The translations under genes and the position numbers were made by a program. Source: Anaerolineales bacterium (GTDB lineage Bacteria; Chloroflexota; Anaerolineae; UBA1429). From it: a stretch of DNA of 64,000 nt. The stretch spans positions 29,707-93,706 of the forward strand of contig JBKHJO010000001.1 of NCBI GenBank assembly GCA_046538105.1. The letters are read 5' to 3'. The notes beneath the pieces are model-generated. The model was not told the origin of the DNA and searched no databases. It saw only the letters and a program-made list of their open reading frames with translations. Position 1 is the first letter of the stretch, and each line of letters begins with the position of its first letter. Shown here in pieces: positions 58,690 through 64,000 of this stretch.

Positions 58690-60138
58690 TCACGTATCTT
58701 TTCGAGTCTCCAATTGTTCGCGAAGGATCTGGCGTACGAGCTGCACATTGGCCTGGCCCTGGGTGGCCTGCATCACCTGGCCGATAAAGAAGCCAAACAC
58801 CTCTTCTTTACCTTCCAGATATTGTTGTAACGGTCCGGGATTCTCATCGAGTACATCTTCTACGATCGATTTCAGTTTCTCCTGATCGCTGATCTGAGTC
58901 AGACCCTCGCGCTCCACGATGGCCTCCGGCGGCTCACCGGTCTCAAACATCTCATCCAGGACGTCCTTGGCCACCGTGGCGTTGATGGCATCCTCGGCCA
59001 AGAGGTCCAGGAGTTCGGCCACGTGCTGAGGTTCGATGGCCAACTCGTCGATATCGACGGTATGCTCGTGCATCAGGCGGAATACCTCTCCCACAACCCA
59101 GTTCGCCACTGTCTGTGGTTCGACCTCCTCTTCCAGTTCTAGGAGCACGGCCTCAAAGTAATTGGCCACTGCGCTATCCTCGACAAGCAGGGCGGCATCC
59201 TCGGATTTTATGTCATACTCTGCTACAAAGCGCTCGCGCTTTTCGTCGGGCAGTTCGGGCAGGCGCTCGCGCATTTGCTCGACGAATTGGTCGTCGAGAT
59301 CCAAGGGCGGAAGATCCGGTTCTGGAAAGTAGCGATAGTCCTCGGCGAACTCTTTTGAGCGCTGGAACACGGTGCGGTGCGCGGCCTCGTCCCATCCCAT
59401 GGTCACCTGTTGCACTCGTTCGCCCTTTGTTAAAAGTTCAGCCTGACGCTCTATTTCGTAGGCGATGGCCTGACGCACGGCGCGGAAGGAATTGAGATTT
59501 TTCACCTCCACTTTGGTGCCGAATTCTGTCGCTCCTGCGGGACGAATAGAGACGTTGGCCTCACAGCGCATGGCTCCCTCAGCCATATTTCCCGTGCTCA
59601 CACCCAGGTAGCGCAAAATGGTGCGCAGTTTTGTGAGATAAGCGTGGGCCTGTTCGGCATTGGTCATGTCTGCCTCGGAGACGATCTCCATCAGGGGCAC
59701 CCCGGCGCGGTTAAAGTCGATCAGGCTGCTGTCGTGCTCGTGAATCAACTTGGCCGTGTCCTCTTCCAGGTGTACACGGCGGATGCGTATGGTTTTGGTC
59801 TCCCCATTGGATGTGATATCCAGATGGCCGTCGACGCAGAGGGGGAAATCGTACTGGGAGATCTGGTATCCTTTGGGCAGATCAGGATAGGGATAGTTCT
59901 TGCGATCGAATTTGCTGAATTCGGGAATGTGGCAGTGGAGAGCCAGGCCGGTCAGAATGGTGGCCTCGACGGCAGCCTGGTTAATGACTGGCAGCGCGCC
60001 GGGCATGCTGAGGCATACGGGACATACCCGTGTGTTAGGTGGGGCGGCAGCATAGTCAGCGGCGCAGCCACAGAACATCTTGGACTTGGTAAGTAACTGG
60101 GCATGAACCTCCATGCCGATTACCGTCTCGTATTCCAT
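58690..60138 (-). CDS. gatB: Asp-tRNA(Asn)/Glu-tRNA(Gln) amidotransferase subunit B
   Basis: [15 protein letters not shown]... Confidence 0.95.
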   Translation of the reverse strand: MEYETVIGMEVHAQLLTKSKMFCGCAADYAAAPPNTRVCPVCLSMPGALPVINQAAVEATILTGLALHCHIPEFSKFDRKNYPYPDLPKGYQISQYDFPLCVDGHLDITSNGETKTIRIRRVHLEEDTAKLIHEHDSSLIDFNRAGVPLMEIVSEADMTNAEQAHAYLTKLRTILRYLGVSTGNMAEGAMRCEANVSIRPAGATEFGTKVEVKNLNSFRAVRQAIAYEIERQAELLTKGERVQQVTMGWDEAAHRTVFQRSKEFAEDYRYFPEPDLPPLDLDDQFVEQMRERLPELPDEKRERFVAEYDIKSEDAALLVEDSAVANYFEAVLLELEEEVEPQTVANWVVGEVFRLMHEHTVDIDELAIEPQHVAELLDLLAEDAINATVAKDVLDEMFETGEPPEAIVEREGLTQISDQEKLKSIVEDVLDENPGPLQQYLEGKEEVFGFFIGQVMQATQGQANVQLVRQILREQLETRKDT

Positions 60139-60214
60139 CCTCTTCCCTCTTTTTTTCTATCCCAATCGACTTTTCATCATAACGAACAGAACGATCTATT
60201 TCTTGATACCCGTG

Positions 60215-61300
60215 TCAATACTGGCCGTACTGATCCAGGGTCTCAAAGACTGCTGCCAGGTTCTCCCAGGGGATATCTGGTGTCACGCCGTTCCCCGGCG
60301 AGGCCATCCAGCCGCCTCCGGGCATGAGGCCCTCACATTGCTCCCGAATCATACGCCGTACGTCGTCGGGGGTGCCGTGCTTGAGGTCGCGCTGGAGGCC
60401 GATGGTGCCCTCCATGGCGATGCGATCGCCAAAGCGTCGCTTGATATCATAGATATCCATGCTCTCGGCCTGTACCGTGATGAGGGAGGAGACCCCGATA
60501 TCGATCAGGTCTGGTATGATGGGCACATAGTAGCCGTCGGAGTGATAGCGGAAATGGATGTCAGGGTCCACCTCCTTGATGGCCTCGATGACGGCGGCCA
60601 TACGGGGCTTGAGCCACTCCCTCCACATGTCCGGTCCGAGTATCATGCTTTTCTGGCTGCCCACATCGTCGTTCATGGCGATCATGTCAACCCCCGCCTT
60701 GGCGAAACGGATTGCCTGGGCGATACGGATGTCGGTGATCCTGGTGAGGAGGGCGTCGGCGAATTCCTCATGGACATAAAAATCCTCAAATAATTTGACT
60801 TCCGAACGTAACGTCCAGGCGGTCTGAAAGATCCACCCCAGGTGGGCGCTGACGGGATACCCCGCCTCCTGAAGTTTCCGGATCTCTCCTTCCAGGTGGT
60901 CGTGGCGCCACTCGCCCACATAGTCGGGAAAGGGATAGTTCTCTATCTCTTCCACGGCGGAAAAGTCGCGCATGGGTGAGAGGGGGGCGGACAGGTGGTG
61001 AAGATGAGCCGGGCGCATGGCCACGCCCCATTCGGAATGGTAGGGATTGGACCACTCCAGGCTCCATTCCACATCCAGATCCTGGAAATATCGCCCAAAG
61101 CGCTCCTCCAGGTTAGGCAGGGGGTCGGGGCGCCGAAAGCCGACGCTGGCCAGGTCCCAATCCCAGTACGCCGCCGGATCCTCGTGGCCAGTTTGGGCAC
61201 GGAATTCCTCAAGCACGTCCGGCGTGAGATTGGCAAAGCGGGGCACGCGGTCCGGCTCCTCGTGCTGCAGCGTGGTCAACACGCGCTCGCGATGATTCAT
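60215..61300 (-). CDS. Uroporphyrinogen-decarboxylase-family protein (second URO-D/MtaA-like paralog)
   Basis: MNHRERVLTTLQHEEPDRVP N-terminus parallel to the paralog at 55639..56715. Confidence 0.65.
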   Translation of the reverse strand: MNHRERVLTTLQHEEPDRVPRFANLTPDVLEEFRAQTGHEDPAAYWDWDLASVGFRRPDPLPNLEERFGRYFQDLDVEWSLEWSNPYHSEWGVAMRPAHLHHLSAPLSPMRDFSAVEEIENYPFPDYVGEWRHDHLEGEIRKLQEAGYPVSAHLGWIFQTAWTLRSEVKLFEDFYVHEEFADALLTRITDIRIAQAIRFAKAGVDMIAMNDDVGSQKSMILGPDMWREWLKPRMAAVIEAIKEVDPDIHFRYHSDGYYVPIIPDLIDIGVSSLITVQAESMDIYDIKRRFGDRIAMEGTIGLQRDLKHGTPDDVRRMIREQCEGLMPGGGWMASPGNGVTPDIPWENLAAVFETLDQYGQY

Positions 61301-61331
61301 GTGTGATTTCTCCTTGCAAGCCCAAATAGGG

Positions 61332-62561
61332 TTAGTCCAGTTCTTCCGGTGGCCAGGGATCCAGCGTGGCGCCCGAGGGATGGGGTCCTATGGGACGGAA
61401 GGGTACCTTCTCTACAGGCGCGTATTCGATGGCCAGATGGGGCGTGTACAGTTTGACGTGGTCGCAATGGCGTGAGACCATGGCCGTGGCCAAAATGCCG
61501 GTGGTGAGCAGGGTGCGCTCCACGGGATAGGTGGGCTGGCCCGTCAGGAACATCTCCTCGACGTTCAGGCTCAGGTAGCTAAAGTGCGCGTGGGGCCCAC
61601 CGCTTTGCAGGTGGAATTCGCAGGTCTCTATGGTGCCCTCGGCCCGACCGGCAAAGGCGAAACTGGTGCTGTATCCATTGAGCATGAGGACGGCGGCGCA
61701 CAGTCCGTCCCGATAGGTCAGGAGAAAGGCTACGGGTTCCTCGACAAGTTCGGGGGCTTTTTTCCAGGGGCCCTCGGTTTCCTCGATAGCCCCGCCCGCC
61801 GCCTTGGCGAGGGCGGCATGTTGGGGATTTTTCTCCAGCCAGCGCCAAACATCGTTTCCCTCCAGGCATTGTACGCTCTCCACACCCGTCTCGCCTCCCT
61901 GTCGACGTTCCACCATGCACTGCAGTGTCTCCAGGGCATGGAAACCGTATGATTCTGTGGGCCCGTACCCTATGGCCACCGCCGCTTCCATGGGCGTCCC
62001 CAGGGGATATTCCAGATGCGGTTTCCTCCAGCAGACGGGCAGGGAGGAGCCGGCCATAAAGGGGATATGCAGTTCGTCGGCGCGGGCGTACATCCATTTG
62101 GCGTCGTGCCAATTATAAGACAGGTGCTTGTCGCTGAAGACGGGCACACTCTCACCCGTAGAGCTGAGGGTGCCAGAAACCTGCTCGAAAAAGTGACGGC
62201 GGGGATAGAGTTTTTGCCCCTTCTCGTTCAACGGATAATCGCCATGCTCGCCGACGATGAGCACGCTGTCCACGGCCAGATCCTCGCCACCCAGGGTCAA
62301 GGCGCTACGGATGCTGGGATAGATGGGCACGTCAAAGGCTTTTGCCGTCTCCACGCCCGTATCGGTCTCGTTGATCTGATCGAGATACATGGAGGCGATC
62401 TCCACACGGGGAGCATGGAGCCCCTCATCGGTCGGAAATCCACGCAGGAATTTTCCCACGATAACGTCGGCGTGGGAGCGAGGACGATATTCGGTCACGA
62501 TGGCGGCTATTTTTTTCTCGGTCAAGGTGTCCTCCTTTATGGTTCGCAGCATATACGGCAA
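61332..62561 (-). CDS. Conserved hypothetical protein (409 aa), family not recognised
   Basis: Long ORF with a good coding look. It sits 31 nt downstream of the URO-D paralog on the same strand. Confidence 0.5.
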   Translation of the reverse strand: MPYMLRTIKEDTLTEKKIAAIVTEYRPRSHADVIVGKFLRGFPTDEGLHAPRVEIASMYLDQINETDTGVETAKAFDVPIYPSIRSALTLGGEDLAVDSVLIVGEHGDYPLNEKGQKLYPRRHFFEQVSGTLSSTGESVPVFSDKHLSYNWHDAKWMYARADELHIPFMAGSSLPVCWRKPHLEYPLGTPMEAAVAIGYGPTESYGFHALETLQCMVERRQGGETGVESVQCLEGNDVWRWLEKNPQHAALAKAAGGAIEETEGPWKKAPELVEEPVAFLLTYRDGLCAAVLMLNGYSTSFAFAGRAEGTIETCEFHLQSGGPHAHFSYLSLNVEEMFLTGQPTYPVERTLLTTGILATAMVSRHCDHVKLYTPHLAIEYAPVEKVPFRPIGPHPSGATLDPWPPEELD

Positions 62562-62589
62562 TCTGGCCTGGGATTATCGCCGGAGATGC

Positions 62590-63465
62590 TTAATCGACGA
62601 AACGGTGGTGCAGTGCCTCCAGATCGATTCTGGCATCCAAGTCATCGGAGATGGCGTCGTTGATCTCTACAAAGCGGGGTTGGCGCATGCCGATGAGGGC
62701 CACATCCACATAGGGATCGGAGAGGACATAGTTGAGTAAGAGTTCTCCCACCTCCAACGGCGGTATCTCTGGAAAGCGATCGGCCATCAGCCGTTGGAAA
62801 ACGCCGCTGGTCATGGGTCGCATGAGGACGATGCCCATCTCCTGTGCTTCCGCCTCGCGGATAATGCCCTCATCGTTCTCAAAATCGGAGGGGTGTTGAT
62901 ACATGAGATTGTAGCGCACCTGCATCACGTCAAAGGCGCCGGAGGCGATCAATCTCTCCACCCCGCCCGAGGGCCCTTCGCAGGTGAATCCCAGGAAGCG
63001 CACTTTTTTCTCCTCGCGCAGCGCCCGCAGCGCGTCCAGCCCTCTCTGATTGAGGATCTCGTCGGCTTCTCCCTTGTTGTGCCAGCCGCCGTGAAACTGG
63101 ATCACGTCGATGACATCTGTTTGCAGACGGCGCAGGCTATCCTCCACGCTTTGGCGGATGGTTGTCGGCGACGACCAGCGGCCCTCTCCCCCGCTGATCT
63201 TGGTGGCCAGGATCACGTCGTCGCGGTGCCCCTTGAGGGCGTTGCCCACCATCTCCTCGCTGCGGCCGTCGCCATAGGCCGGTGCCGTATCGAAGTAGTT
63301 GTAACCCAGTTCCAGAGCCCGATGGATAGTTGCTGTCGTGGCCCGCTGTGCCTCACGGGAAAAGGGATCCCATTTCCCCATATAGTTGGGGATGCCGAAC
63401 TGGGCCCCGCCTACTCCTACCTCGGATACTTTTAGGCCCGTTCTGCCAAGTGTTCGATATCGCAT
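62590..63465 (-). CDS. Aldo/keto reductase
   Basis: MRYRTLGRTGLKVSEVGVGGAQFG and IDTAPAYGDGRSEE AKR motifs. Confidence 0.85.
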   Translation of the reverse strand: MRYRTLGRTGLKVSEVGVGGAQFGIPNYMGKWDPFSREAQRATTATIHRALELGYNYFDTAPAYGDGRSEEMVGNALKGHRDDVILATKISGGEGRWSSPTTIRQSVEDSLRRLQTDVIDVIQFHGGWHNKGEADEILNQRGLDALRALREEKKVRFLGFTCEGPSGGVERLIASGAFDVMQVRYNLMYQHPSDFENDEGIIREAEAQEMGIVLMRPMTSGVFQRLMADRFPEIPPLEVGELLLNYVLSDPYVDVALIGMRQPRFVEINDAISDDLDARIDLEALHHRFVD

Positions 63466-63503
63466 AGTATCTCCTGATATGTCACATGGAAAATCTTGAC
63501 GTG

Positions 63504-64000
63504 CTAGATCACGGCCCCTCGCGGCGTGCCGGACATGAGATCGGCCGTCCTATAGTACTGGGCGCGGGCCCTCACACAGGCGCGGGGATCCAGTTCATAT
63601 AGTTCTTCAAGGGTCATGGTACGGATCTCCTGATCCTCGAAATCGTCGGTGACATAGGTTTCGGCCTGCTCTCTGTCTGGCGTGGCCAGCCATTTGCCCT
63701 CGTTATCCCGAAAGACGTAGAGGGTGCTGTCCTCGCGTATGGCGATCTCTCCCTCCGTACATCGCTTTGCCTCTCCATCCTTTCGGAAGGGAGCTATGCC
63801 CGCCTCCGGGGCCCCGTGTGCCTCCAGGAACTGGATCAGGATGCTGTGCATCTGCTCTGCGATGTCCTGACGTTCGGCGATGAGGTTCTCGGTCTGTGTG
63901 GGATCTTCCTGCAGATCGTACAGCTCAGACAGCATATCGTAGGGGGCGCAGATGTAGCTCCATCGCTCGTTGGTCACCGTGCGGGCGCACACCTCGCTGC
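63504..64000 (-). CDS. Sulfatase, C-terminal part; gene runs off the window end
   Basis: The ELYDLQEDPTQTENL motif is typical of arylsulfatase C-termini. The frame is still open at the window edge. Confidence 0.55.
   Translation of the reverse strand, partial: SEVCARTVTNERWSYICAPYDMLSELYDLQEDPTQTENLIAERQDIAEQMHSILIQFLEAHGAPEAGIAPFRKDGEAKRCTEGEIAIREDSTLYVFRDNEGKWLATPDREQAETYVTDDFEDQEIRTMTLEELYELDPRACVRARAQYYRTADLMSGTPRGAVI

Overview
This is a 64 kb window of high-GC (~60%) bacterial chromosome carrying mostly core/housekeeping genes. The translation starts nearly all sit behind strong GGAGG/GGGAGG Shine-Dalgarno boxes. It also contains a Bacillus-type long SRP RNA, consistent with a Gram-positive-like or Chloroflexota-like lineage, but taxonomy cannot be settled from sequence alone.

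I can support about 60 protein genes, including murA, mreB, trmD, tpiA, a split transketolase, dnaX-ybaB-recR, pyrG, nadE, ffh-rpsP-KH-rimM, dprA, cinA, manC, gatB and a thymidine phosphorylase. There are three tRNAs: Ser-GGA, Glu-CUC and Pro-GGG. The SRP RNA at ~395-665 was not in the ORF track. Several sigma70-like promoters and intrinsic terminators are readable.

The most notable loci are:
- A eukaryote-type, large type IB DNA topoisomerase with all catalytic residues conserved and an extra 164-aa C-terminal domain. It is transcribed divergently from a soluble FtsK/SpoIIIE-like ATPase plus a small membrane protein, and the two share a 330-bp AT-rich (~38% GC) intergenic region carrying a perfect consensus promoter. 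This is a candidate undescribed DNA-processing module.
- A membrane-anchored methionine sulfoxide reductase A whose catalytic Cys codon is an in-frame TGA (G-U-FWGAE), followed 13 nt later by a SECIS-like hairpin. This is a putative selenoprotein.
- A macro-domain / nadE / Sec-msrA operon.
- A CpXC zinc-ribbon protein with four tandem helical repeats.
- Two MtaA/URO-D-like paralogs around a GltS-like FMN protein.
- An unassigned 450-nt noncoding stretch upstream of dnaX.

No CRISPR array, IS element or integrase was seen.
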